A stretch of DNA of 42,201 nt, from assembly GCA_024181965.1 (NCBI GenBank), contig BQXS01012764.1:1-42201 (forward strand), read 5' to 3'. The notes below the pieces were generated by a model that worked only from the letters and a program-made list of their open reading frames with translations, made no database searches and was not told where the DNA came from. This DNA comes from Aduncisulcus paluster. Taxonomy: Eukaryota. Every line of letters begins with the position of its first letter. Positions within the stretch are counted from its first letter, which is position 1. Below, in pieces: positions 9,052 to 19,500 of the stretch. A program made the translations under genes and the position numbers.

Positions 9052-10812
9052 ATGAGTGACTTTTTTATGTCTTTTCGAGACAAAGAGATCGGAAAGAACA
9101 AAAAAATTGTTTCTTTGCAAAGAAACGGTATTTCAAAGGTAAGGGCAACAATATTTGATGATTTACAACGTTCTATGAAACCTACTGCTCTTTTTCTTCG
9201 AAAAGCTAAGCCTTTCCCCCATAAGAAAAGGATTATTGAAAAATCTATCGCTACTCCTATGAGTAATCGATTTGATGGATCGCATGAAGTATTACCTCGC
9301 TTAACCGGTGTCATAGGAGCAAATACTCCCACAACTATAACTCATCGATTGGATTTCGCATTTCTTCCAGATGAACATAAATCCGAAGATAGGCTATTTA
9401 CGTCTCAGCGCAAAGAACTTCGTGAAGGTGTGATTACTCGTGATGGAATTGTTGTAAATAGCTACTCGGCATGTTCTCCTGACCATAGACAACCTATAAC
9501 TGATGATCATTCTGATTCTCCTGTTGTACAATCCAAATCTCAGTCGGATCATGGGATATATCAACAATCACACGATAAGTATGGAAATATTATGACAACG
9601 ATATCCACAAGTCGACCAGTTGTATCTTCTCCAATTATCTCCTCTCTGCAAACACCATCCTCGACGGCCCCAATATCTCTCGGGCAAGACATTACAAATC
9701 GCTCACATTTACGGCGGTTCAGCCATAGTTCGGCCATTGGAAACTCTTTGATTCTATCCCCAGAGTCTCCTTCGCAGAGACCTTTCCTTCCACCTCGAAG
9801 CCACTCCTCTCTGGCCTCTATGGGTGGACATTCCAAGAGAAAGGATAAGGATATTATTCCAGGAAGCTCTAAGTATGGTCTCCCATTGCTTCATCCAGAA
9901 CAAACCCCTCCTCCCAAGCCGTCTTCTCAGAAAGCTGATCAGAGTGGAGCTGACATCTCTGCTTCTGTCCTAATACCTCGGTCTGTGTCATCTTCCGGCT
10001 ATTATAGTGACGTTATTAATCAATCTACACCATACACAGGTGAATGTAGATCGTCATCAAGCTTCATCCACACACTCCAGGGCAAGAGATATCGGGTGCA
10101 ATCTTCCCTTGCTCCTTTCCAAGGTAGGTCTTCAATCCGTTCAAATCCACGGAGGAGGTCTCGATCAAGTGTTAAGTTCTCACCTGCGATATGTTCTGCG
10201 TCTTCGCCTATCTCTGGAATTCGTGAGGAAGGCTCTGTTGGTGGCAGTATAACCCCTATAGCTTCACATCCAAGGTATCCCTGGAAGAACAAGAGTAGTT
10301 TCTCAAATTCTCGATCTCTTTTCTTGCATTATGACAACCAAGAGTCCTGGCGTGAGGTGTTGTTAGAGGTTAGAGAGATGCGTTCGAGATTGACTGATGT
10401 TCGAAGCGCTGAACACTCAACTGACCAGCCAATTAGATGGGTCAGCGTTACTAACGAATTGGAGAAAGAGTGGGAGAAGCGGAAGAAAGGAAGAGGGGAA
10501 GGGAGAATCGGTGGAAGCGTAGATGGGATCGGGGTTCAAGTCTGGATGGCGGAAGAAGATAAAAAGGAAGGGGAAGTTGGGTATGATCCAAAAATAGCAC
10601 AAGCAAAACGGCGGCAAGCTGAGGAGAAAAAACGTTTTGAGATTCAAGAAGATCTTCGAAAGGAACAAGAACGTCTGATTGCTCGAAGAAAACGAGATCA
10701 AAGGACAAAAGATTCACTGAAAAGAGAAAGGAATCGAATTGTTTCCGAAAGTATTGAGTTGGGTGTCTGTGGTGAAAAATTCACTAAATTGTCGGCTTCA
10801 CAACTAAAATAA
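9052..10812 (+). CDS. Hypothetical protein, 586 aa; Ser/Pro-rich disordered region with C-terminal coiled coil
   Basis: Long ORF with AT-rich flanks; charged helical tail (KRRQAEEKKRFEIQEDLRKEQERL). Confidence 0.85.
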   Translation: MSDFFMSFRDKEIGKNKKIVSLQRNGISKVRATIFDDLQRSMKPTALFLRKAKPFPHKKRIIEKSIATPMSNRFDGSHEVLPRLTGVIGANTPTTITHRLDFAFLPDEHKSEDRLFTSQRKELREGVITRDGIVVNSYSACSPDHRQPITDDHSDSPVVQSKSQSDHGIYQQSHDKYGNIMTTISTSRPVVSSPIISSLQTPSSTAPISLGQDITNRSHLRRFSHSSAIGNSLILSPESPSQRPFLPPRSHSSLASMGGHSKRKDKDIIPGSSKYGLPLLHPEQTPPPKPSSQKADQSGADISASVLIPRSVSSSGYYSDVINQSTPYTGECRSSSSFIHTLQGKRYRVQSSLAPFQGRSSIRSNPRRRSRSSVKFSPAICSASSPISGIREEGSVGGSITPIASHPRYPWKNKSSFSNSRSLFLHYDNQESWREVLLEVREMRSRLTDVRSAEHSTDQPIRWVSVTNELEKEWEKRKKGRGEGRIGGSVDGIGVQVWMAEEDKKEGEVGYDPKIAQAKRRQAEEKKRFEIQEDLRKEQERLIARRKRDQRTKDSLKRERNRIVSESIELGVCGEKFTKLSASQLK

Positions 10813-11858
10813 CCATTTATGTCATTCGTTTCATAATCATATTCTTCTCTTTTCAGACGTTGATTGAATATTTAGTCATTGATATATCTTGAGTGTCACT
10901 TTTTATTTCCAATTTGCGAACAATCGTGGTGAACATGAATATCACTGATATCGCAATATATTATGGATTATATATTATGGAACAGATATTTTGTATTATT
11001 TTACTACAAAAACTGGTATTCTTGTCCATGGTTTATTTTGATCTTTCTGTGATCCATTATTTCATTATTTCATCCAAAACAATGCTTTAAATTATTTTAT
11101 TAATATTATTTTAAATAGATAGATTATATATTATATATTTCTATGTTATAAATGCTAGAGCACTTCCGTTTTAACAGAGATCTTTATTTTATTTTATTTT
11201 TTTTTCCACCATTCTTTTTTCCTTGATTGACATTATCGTTGAATAATCATGAACTTTTGAATGCTGTTTATTTATTTTTGTATTTATTTACTGTTTAGAA
11301 CTTCATTGGATCTCTACAATAAGTATTTCTAGATCTAACTTTTCTTCTCTCTTTTCTCTCCATTTTACTATGATTTAGAATGGTTGTTGATATATTTTTA
11401 TTTATTTTTCACCTTTTTCTTTTATATTATTTCATTTTAATGTTTCTATTTTTGATTTTTTTTTTTAATTGCGATGGATTTCGTGACAGCCATGTTGTTT
11501 GTGATGCTCTGCGTAAGCTCTCAATGAATGCTCAAAGTGCCTATGGTATTGTATTGATATATATGTTTCCTTGAAAGACAATATGCAAAGGGTTGCTCCT
11601 TAAAGTGAGTAGAAATATGAAAAGCTCTTTCCTTTGCTTTACTCAGTACCTACCAACTATTTTTCGAAAGAATATTCATAATTATATGAGTTTAAAAATA
11701 TTTGATTTAAATAAATAGTCATTGAATTCTTGACTCCTTCATTATTGAAAGAATTGTTTTTTCTCCTTGATAAAGAAAAGGGTTAAAACTTCAATTTAAT
11801 ATTTTGTTAAAAATTGTGAATTATAAAAAGATTTACATTATAATTTTTTTCGGAAATC

Positions 11859-14800
11859 ATGCCAATAACAATAGAGCGCCTTATTCCGTTTTCTCATAGA
11901 GAATATGCATGTGGAAAGCTAGAAACTTCATTTTTAGATAATACTAAAGTTATATTATTTTCATCAGGATATTATGAAATCCATTCTCCTCTTCAATCAC
12001 TTGATGGAGATGATTTTTATTTAATGCATTTAAAACAACTAAGAGAATCTCATGATAATATAATTTATACTAAAACGCATTGCATACGGCGAGGAATGAC
12101 GTCATACCCTAAATCTCTTGATCTTGAAGAGATTAGCGCAATATCTCAAATATCTTCAATGGCTTGTATATCTGCTTTTAATTCCGCGATTCACAGGAGT
12201 TTTTCGAGAAAAAAATCGTTCCGAATTGCCACAGATAATGATATTAAACAGTTTATACGTGCCTCTGCTCTTGTGAAGAATTCTTTCTCGAAACCAGGGT
12301 TTATTTCAGATCGACGGATTTATAAGGATTTCCCTGGAGAATCTCGAGATTATTATGTTCCATATATTGGCAAATCGGATATATTTCGGTGTGGTGATTT
12401 ATTTGTTTTCGTTTCTCGAACCAAAATGTCTTTAACTTTTGTTGAATTCGAAGGAATTTTATATTCGTCGCAAAAACGTCAAAAATCGATAAGTTCTCCC
12501 GCCTCTAAAGATAAATTCAAGCCTATTTCCCCTCCTGTAAGTTCCTCCTGTGATCACTCTCTTCCTCAAACTTCTGAAGGTCAAACTCTCCATTGTTCTC
12601 CTCTAAATGTTGAAGGAATGCCCGATAAGACCATTATCACGGCAGAAACATCGTATTGGAGGGTGAAAGAGAGTGGATATATCCTTTCCCAATGGTATCC
12701 GCTCGTTTTGAGTGGAGTTATGTCGAAATTACTTGGGACTTACTCTAAATTCTCTCAATTTGTGCATTATCCGTCACTTTATCCACCCTCAGTGCTACAG
12801 TACCGTAGAGGTGAGAATAAGAGGAAGAAAACTTCAGATGGACATCATCAATCGCTGGACCTTCAAACCAGATCAATCGGGCCAACACCACAACAGACTG
12901 TCTCATTTCATAGATCTCACTCTCCTTCCTCCTCTGAGCATTCCTCTGAGCCCTTGAAGAAACCTCCATCTCGATGTGGCTTGTCTCCGTCAATATCTCT
13001 TATATCTCCCCGTTCTAAAAATCATGTATCTTACACTTCAAAACACTCCTCCTCGTCATATTCTATTTCAGATTGTTCCTGCTCAGATAAATCACCAAAT
13101 CAGGAGAGTTCTTCATATTTCCAACATTCTCCTTTGCTCCCTTCTCTTCCTCCACCTCATTCGTGTCTCTTGCATTTGAATCCATCGTTGTATATCTCTT
13201 CTGGGCTTATATATGAGCAATTCGAGAGCTTTGTCGGCACCGTGTTCCATAATCCTCCACTCTCGACTCATTCTTCCCATGAATTCATTGTCGCTTCGTA
13301 TGATAACAACCTTTTCTCTCGATATCTTCAAATCAATGGGAGTGTCACTTCCATTCCCTTGAAATATATTTCTCTTGAGCATTATTGTCAGATGTTACGA
13401 TCAAATGTTCTAAGTGTGTCCGGGAAGCTGATTCCTTCTTCTGCTTCTTCTCAAATGTCTAAATTTAGAACAACATCAACTGGTAGTTCAAAGGTTTTAC
13501 AAGGAGTATCTCTTAATCCTGTCCTTGCTTCCAGTCATATGTGGACAGATTGGCCTGTTTTCTTTGCATACATGAACTCTTATGCTCCCAGTTTTCTCAG
13601 ACAGCTCCACTGTCCTTCCTCTTCCTCTTCCTCCTCCTCTTATGTTTCTCAGGACGCCCAATATAGTCAATCCATGAAGAGTCATGATGGATCTGGAGAT
13701 GTTCGATATTTACCTAGTGAAAAGGGTGAGACATCTCCATTTTCTCTGCTCCAGTACTCTCCATCGAGATTCTCTCCTGTTGCTTCCCTTCTTTCAGCAC
13801 AAATGGCTTCAGCATATGGGTATGAGGGTATGTTTATCATGGAGCTTTTCCGGCATTCTTCACAATGCTGGAATTATGTAAAGAGGCTTGCTCTGAGTAC
13901 AATTGGGAAAAGTTGGCAAGAACGTGCACCCAAGAAATACGTTGAACCTCTTGTTGGTGTTTCTGTGTTGAAATCTCCACCGTCAATGCAGGAAAGCATT
14001 GCAATTCGTTCAATCAAACCTGTTGGAATGGTATATTCTGGAAAACAACAATGTGATGAGAAATCCCGTGATGCAAAGAAGACATCCCCAACAGCAATAG
14101 GTACTATTCAAGGTCAAAATGATCCCCAAAGCAGTGCCACTCGCCAGTTTCCTTCTTCTCCGCCTTCTCCCCTCCCTCCCAAGAAAGATAAACGAGGTGT
14201 GTTTTCTCCACATTCTTTGTATTCCCTTCCCTTGAGTCGTCTTCCCAAGGATATGTGTCATTTTGCTCGTAATATTCATGGTACTGCCGGATTATGTCGC
14301 TTTATTGATGGATCTGTGGTCTGTGCTCAAGTTGTGGATAGGTCTTTTTTGTCTTCAGAGAGTGAAGGAAAGAGCAAGGATAAAATTGTGGCACAATATA
14401 CGGCCAAACAGCAACCTTCTGAGATGTCTATTCAAGGTGGCAGTTCCTCCTCTCCCTCTTCTTCTTCTTCTTCTCACTCTATTATTTATAGAATTGATGT
14501 TACATCTCCTTTATTCCTTCGACAAAGCGATGACATTCGACTCAAAACTTTTGTAGAATTACCAAAATCTCTATTTACTGATTCAGAATCCTCACAATAT
14601 TCTGCTGATCTCTCCTTCCTTGATCTTGTCCCTGATGACTCTTTGTTGTCAACCTTTGGACGACTCTCTCAAACAAAATCGAAAATAACACTCCCCACCA
14701 GTAGTCCTGCTGATGGATCTATTCAACCTCTTCGTTTCTCTAGATATCTTCTTTCCGCCCTCATTTCTTCACCTTTACCACGCTGTGTGTGCAGATACGT

Positions 14801-15566
14801 TGCATTGTGTATCACTGGGTTATGTTCTTATCTAAATATAGATGACATTGAGAAAGAAAAGGAACGAGAAAAAGAGGAACGCGCTAAAACCTCTCAGATT
14901 AGAGCTAAGCTATTTGCCAGCGGGTCAATATCCAAGGAAATGGTTTATTCTTCGTTAACTTTTGACGATATGGACGATAAAATGTCAAAGTATTGTGAAT
15001 CAAATCCACAAATGACTAGAATGGAAAAAGAAATTCTTATGATGCAACGATGCAAAGGGCAACTTGACATTGATGATCAGAAATTGGGAGAAATCAAAGA
15101 TTCTCAATTTGGAAAAGATTCTCAATTTGGTGAGCATTACAAAAGTCAATACTGGGGATCCTGTCCAACATGTGGCCGAGATATTGTTCATTGTCTGTGC
15201 CTTATTGCAGGACATCCATATTATACTCCTCAATCAGCTGAAACATTTATCAATCGTGAAGAACGTTATCGAAGAGAGGGGATCGAAAGAGTCATCGATG
15301 ATGCTTTGGAAAGGGCTGAAAAACTGGTTTCAAATCCCCTCAATTTNNNNNNNNNNNNNNNNNNNNGCCGAGATATTGTTCATTGTCTGTGCCTTATTGC
15401 AGGACATCCATATTATACTCCTCAATCAGCTGAAACATTTATCAATCGTGAAGAACGTTATCGAAGAGAGGGGATCGAAAGAGTCATCGATGATGCTTTG
15501 GAAAGGGCTGAAAAACTGGTTTCAAATCCCCTCAATTTGTCTCTTCCTTTAAAAACGATGGAATGA
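11859..15566 (+). CDS. Large Ser-rich hypothetical protein (~1170 aa after removing the gap duplication; may extend to 15856 through two indels). Weak resemblance to C5orf34-like/polo-box-like beta hairpins
   Basis: Long ORF. GKLETSFLDNTKVIL and GLCRFIDGSVVCA resemble xFxDGxxl hairpins, and there is a CPTC..HC motif near the C-terminus. The family call is speculative. Confidence 0.8.
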   Translation: MPITIERLIPFSHREYACGKLETSFLDNTKVILFSSGYYEIHSPLQSLDGDDFYLMHLKQLRESHDNIIYTKTHCIRRGMTSYPKSLDLEEISAISQISSMACISAFNSAIHRSFSRKKSFRIATDNDIKQFIRASALVKNSFSKPGFISDRRIYKDFPGESRDYYVPYIGKSDIFRCGDLFVFVSRTKMSLTFVEFEGILYSSQKRQKSISSPASKDKFKPISPPVSSSCDHSLPQTSEGQTLHCSPLNVEGMPDKTIITAETSYWRVKESGYILSQWYPLVLSGVMSKLLGTYSKFSQFVHYPSLYPPSVLQYRRGENKRKKTSDGHHQSLDLQTRSIGPTPQQTVSFHRSHSPSSSEHSSEPLKKPPSRCGLSPSISLISPRSKNHVSYTSKHSSSSYSISDCSCSDKSPNQESSSYFQHSPLLPSLPPPHSCLLHLNPSLYISSGLIYEQFESFVGTVFHNPPLSTHSSHEFIVASYDNNLFSRYLQINGSVTSIPLKYISLEHYCQMLRSNVLSVSGKLIPSSASSQMSKFRTTSTGSSKVLQGVSLNPVLASSHMWTDWPVFFAYMNSYAPSFLRQLHCPSSSSSSSSYVSQDAQYSQSMKSHDGSGDVRYLPSEKGETSPFSLLQYSPSRFSPVASLLSAQMASAYGYEGMFIMELFRHSSQCWNYVKRLALSTIGKSWQERAPKKYVEPLVGVSVLKSPPSMQESIAIRSIKPVGMVYSGKQQCDEKSRDAKKTSPTAIGTIQGQNDPQSSATRQFPSSPPSPLPPKKDKRGVFSPHSLYSLPLSRLPKDMCHFARNIHGTAGLCRFIDGSVVCAQVVDRSFLSSESEGKSKDKIVAQYTAKQQPSEMSIQGGSSSSPSSSSSSHSIIYRIDVTSPLFLRQSDDIRLKTFVELPKSLFTDSESSQYSADLSFLDLVPDDSLLSTFGRLSQTKSKITLPTSSPADGSIQPLRFSRYLLSALISSPLPRCVCRYVALCITGLCSYLNIDDIEKEKEREKEERAKTSQIRAKLFASGSISKEMVYSSLTFDDMDDKMSKYCESNPQMTRMEKEILMMQRCKGQLDIDDQKLGEIKDSQFGKDSQFGEHYKSQYWGSCPTCGRDIVHCLCLIAGHPYYTPQSAETFINREERYRREGIERVIDDALERAEKLVSNPLNXXXXXXXXRDIVHCLCLIAGHPYYTPQSAETFINREERYRREGIERVIDDALERAEKLVSNPLNLSLPLKTME
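15175..15538. other. Scaffold gap (N 15347-15366) with duplicated overlap 15175-15346 = 15367-15538
   Basis: The same 172 bp appears on both sides of a 20-N run. Confidence 0.95.
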
Positions 15567-16599
15567 TGGTGTTCCTGCATCCATTCCGGATAATAAAGCT
15601 TTGAATAAACAAGTTCTCGAAGTTCACATGTCGCTAACATGCTGTTATTGAAGCTGCATGCGCTTTGGATTCCAAGGATCTGGATCATCCAGGATCGTGT
15701 CATGAGTCATGTCATAATTCCGAATCATTAAATCAAGTTGATTCACAAGTTTGTCACAAACTCGTCGCAAGAATTTGTCGAGAGATCAGAGATTTTATTG
15801 AGAAAACTTTGCATATAGCAGAGCAAATCATGAATAGCGATTTGAAATTCGGATAAGTTATTCAAATAACGGGACATTTGCACACAAAATCACGGTTTCG
15901 TGATGTAACTGTAGTGGTGCACTACATAACTACACATAAACTACTGAATTGAATGTGGAAATCTCACAATCTGAAGTTTTCCCTTTTTATATGAGCATTT
16001 CCTGATCAGAAATGAACTTATTGCAAATATTATGATCGCGTGCATAATTGTAATTGTACACACGCCCACACACATATATATATTCGGGAAATATTGTATA
16101 GAAAGAGATACATGAGATATGAAACAAAGCATACTGATATACTTGGAAGGTGGTTTATAATAACAAGATATTGTGTTACAAGAGTTACATCTCTCAATAT
16201 GGAACGATATTGAATAACAAAAAGCTCAATAGAAAAAGACATGATTTCATATATATATATAATAAAATAAATAAAAAAGAAATCATAATTTAGAATACAT
16301 CAAGATATTCCAAATTAAAATATAATTCCCAAAATGAGAAAAATATAATCAATATTAAAAGAAAGAAATACAGCTAATAAATCATAAGACCCATAAAAAG
16401 ATAAAGACGAGAAACTAATCCAAATCATAGTAGCTCCATTATTCAACAATATGAGATAGTACAGGTTAGTTGAGCATATGAGAGTTCAAGAAAGCGACAC
16501 AAATACATTAAAGAATAAGCTGGGATAAAGAGATAAGGGAGAAATACACGTTTCATAGTCACAAAACATACAATATAATGCGACAAATAAACCTGCTAT

Positions 16600-19500
16600 T
16601 CACTTTACACCAGCTAGTCTCTCGATAACTTCTTTGTTGGAGCGTTCTCTTGACAGCTCTCGAACAATTTTAACACCAAGTCTCTGCACTCGTCCCTTTC
16701 CTTCCCTAATGATGCGAACAAGAGTCTTCAAAAGAGGATTGAAGACACGCCTACATTCGGTATGCTTCTGTTTGCTTTGCTGGACGATATGATTTAATAT
16801 ATGTTGCAATACAGTCTCTTGAAGAACAGTCAGGGACGGAATTGGACACAAAAGTGGCAATGATGGCGATAAAACACTGCTCAGAGCATACATAAACTCA
16901 GATTCATACGTTAGAATTGCCTCTGTCGTCTTGTGTCCAAACAAGAAGAAAGCGTGAAGAGGCACTTCGAAACTCTCGACGGCAAAATTGAGGAATGCCT
17001 CCTTTTGTCCGCGTAATGTCATCTCACGTTTGGAACCACTCGCAGCCTTATTAATCTCTCTTGCAGCGCTATCAATGGACACCATCAGATCACCCACAGA
17101 AAGACAGAGGGCAAAATGGATGTTATTCTCACTTAATCTGGCCTCGACCACATTTGAACACCAAGCATCTCTCCTATGCATCATTACACATATAAGTTGA
17201 GCAGCGCTTGATGTGACACATATCCACTGTTCTTTCTCCTGTCTCAGCAGGGATGGGTGTGCCTTCGAGATGTTATGCGTTATGGTATTTATATATATTG
17301 GGAGGTACTTGAATACATTGATCTGAGTAAGGGATTGAGTGAGAGTATGGGTAAAGAGGTGTGTGATTGTGATGAACGCTTGCTCACAGATGAAGGGGGA
17401 GACAAGGGAGTCAGAGACACTCGCCACATGAGCATCTGTGGATTCACCATTACTTGAAGAGACTGAACCTTTCTTTGAAGGGTTGAAGAGAGTCGACACA
17501 GTGATGCTACCGGCATGTATAACATCACACAAAACAGCACCATATCCACACTCAAGGACAGAACTGCACACGTTAGCAGGAGACAGTACACTCTTGACAA
17601 GATACTCATCATCTTTTGCGAGAACGTGAGTGGCATTTTCAAGACGGCGTTCAAGAGAGAGTTCACGATTATTGGAGGAAGTATGGTGTGATCTGAATGC
17701 TCTCTTAACGGGTAAAGTGGCATCTTCTTCACGTTCTGCCAACGGTGTGACCAAATTAGCCACAGCACCGATAAGACGATCCAACAATGGTGGAGCAACC
17801 GTGGAAGCCTGAGTACAGGATGCTAATAAATGCAACAAGTCAACATTCTTCTTATCTTTATCTTCTTGTCCACAGAACATCTTACATGTCTTCAGAATAC
17901 GGATACAAGCAAGAGCATCAAATGTACACAACCACACACATGCTCCAACTCTCTCCAAAACTCCTACTGAGAGAGGAGAATGTGAGACGAGACTAGCAGA
18001 GTGACGATCACAATCATACACTTCTTCAGAATATTCAATCTGTTTTGTATCACCTTCTTGTTTCTCACTTGATGATCCTAAAATAGACATGATTAATTCA
18101 ATAGATACCAACCGAACAAGAACCTCAATCCCACCAACAACGACAAACTCTCTTTTCGTCAGTGTGTTGAGGAGACAATTACGGAGCAATCCAATAGAGT
18201 TGGCAAAGCATTTATCGGAGATATGGGTTGAAATATCTCTCCTTTCATTTCCTTCATACAGACCAGCCTCATCCATGATTTTGACTGAGAGACAACGACT
18301 CACTCCAAAACGCTCCCTTACATGCTCTCTGATCACACTCATGCGTTCAATGAGAACGAGCATGAGAGAACTGAGGATAGAGCTGCGTTCCAAGTGTTTC
18401 CTTGCAAGAGGAATGGAAGATACGCACCACAACACTCCAGAGAGACTTTCCAATAAAGAAACAACGGTCTGCGGGGTGATACATTTGTCTGATGGTTGAG
18501 AAACATTCATCACTGGATCCTTATCGTGACTGACTCCATCAATATCAGCACTGATATGGCTTTTATCACCTTCATAATCTCTAATCTCTCTTTCTCTTCT
18601 CTCTCTTTTGTTCTGTTCCCGCATCAAAATGGACTCAAAGACTCTCACAGCGATGTCCACACCATTGCATGTGACAAATACCTTCTTATTTGCAGGTAAA
18701 AGGAGAATATTCCATAAGGTACCACTAATGTTCTCGAATAATCCAAACTCAAGATGGGAAAGCTTCAAACCTTCTCTTTGAACACCTTTATCAGCCTTTC
18801 CAATGGATTGGCCAAGTTTCTCATTCGTATCACCCATTAGTTTTTCTTGACCCCCATCAATATCAGCCTCTTCTTGGTCATCTACTGTCAATTGTTCTTC
18901 CATTTCGACCTCCATTAATATAGTAGAAAATAACCCCAATATATGCACAAGCTTGAGAATGGCATCATTGGTGGCCAGAATAGTCTTATTGGTGGGATCT
19001 GAAGCAATGTTCCACAGAACCCCAGTCACCTTTGAGAGGACACTAACAACGTGGGAACGGAGAGCAGAGTCATGTCTGACCTGTGGTAAAGAATACAGTC
19101 CCGAATAGTCCTCAAGCAAGGTTAAGAGTATGGAAATGAGATGGAAAGATGACTCAGCCTGGGACTTTAACTGTTCTAAACGGGATAAATAACACAAAGC
19201 AGCCAACGAATTACTCAAGATTTCTTTCTCTCTTTCTTCATCTTCTCTCATCTCCGAATCCTCCTCTTCTTCTTCCTCCTCCTCCTCTTCTCCCTCCCTT
19301 CCTTTCCTTTCAATCTTTCTCCTCAAAGATTCAGTCTTCATGGCACCAATAGCTTTAGACATATCGCATAAAACCTGAATAATCTCATTATGTTCGAATA
19401 TAAGGGTCCTCACAGAATCGACGGTACTTAAACGCCACAATAAAGCAGTTGCACGCTCAGCTACAATAGCGGCCTGAGGAGTTCTCAACAAAACAGCGAT

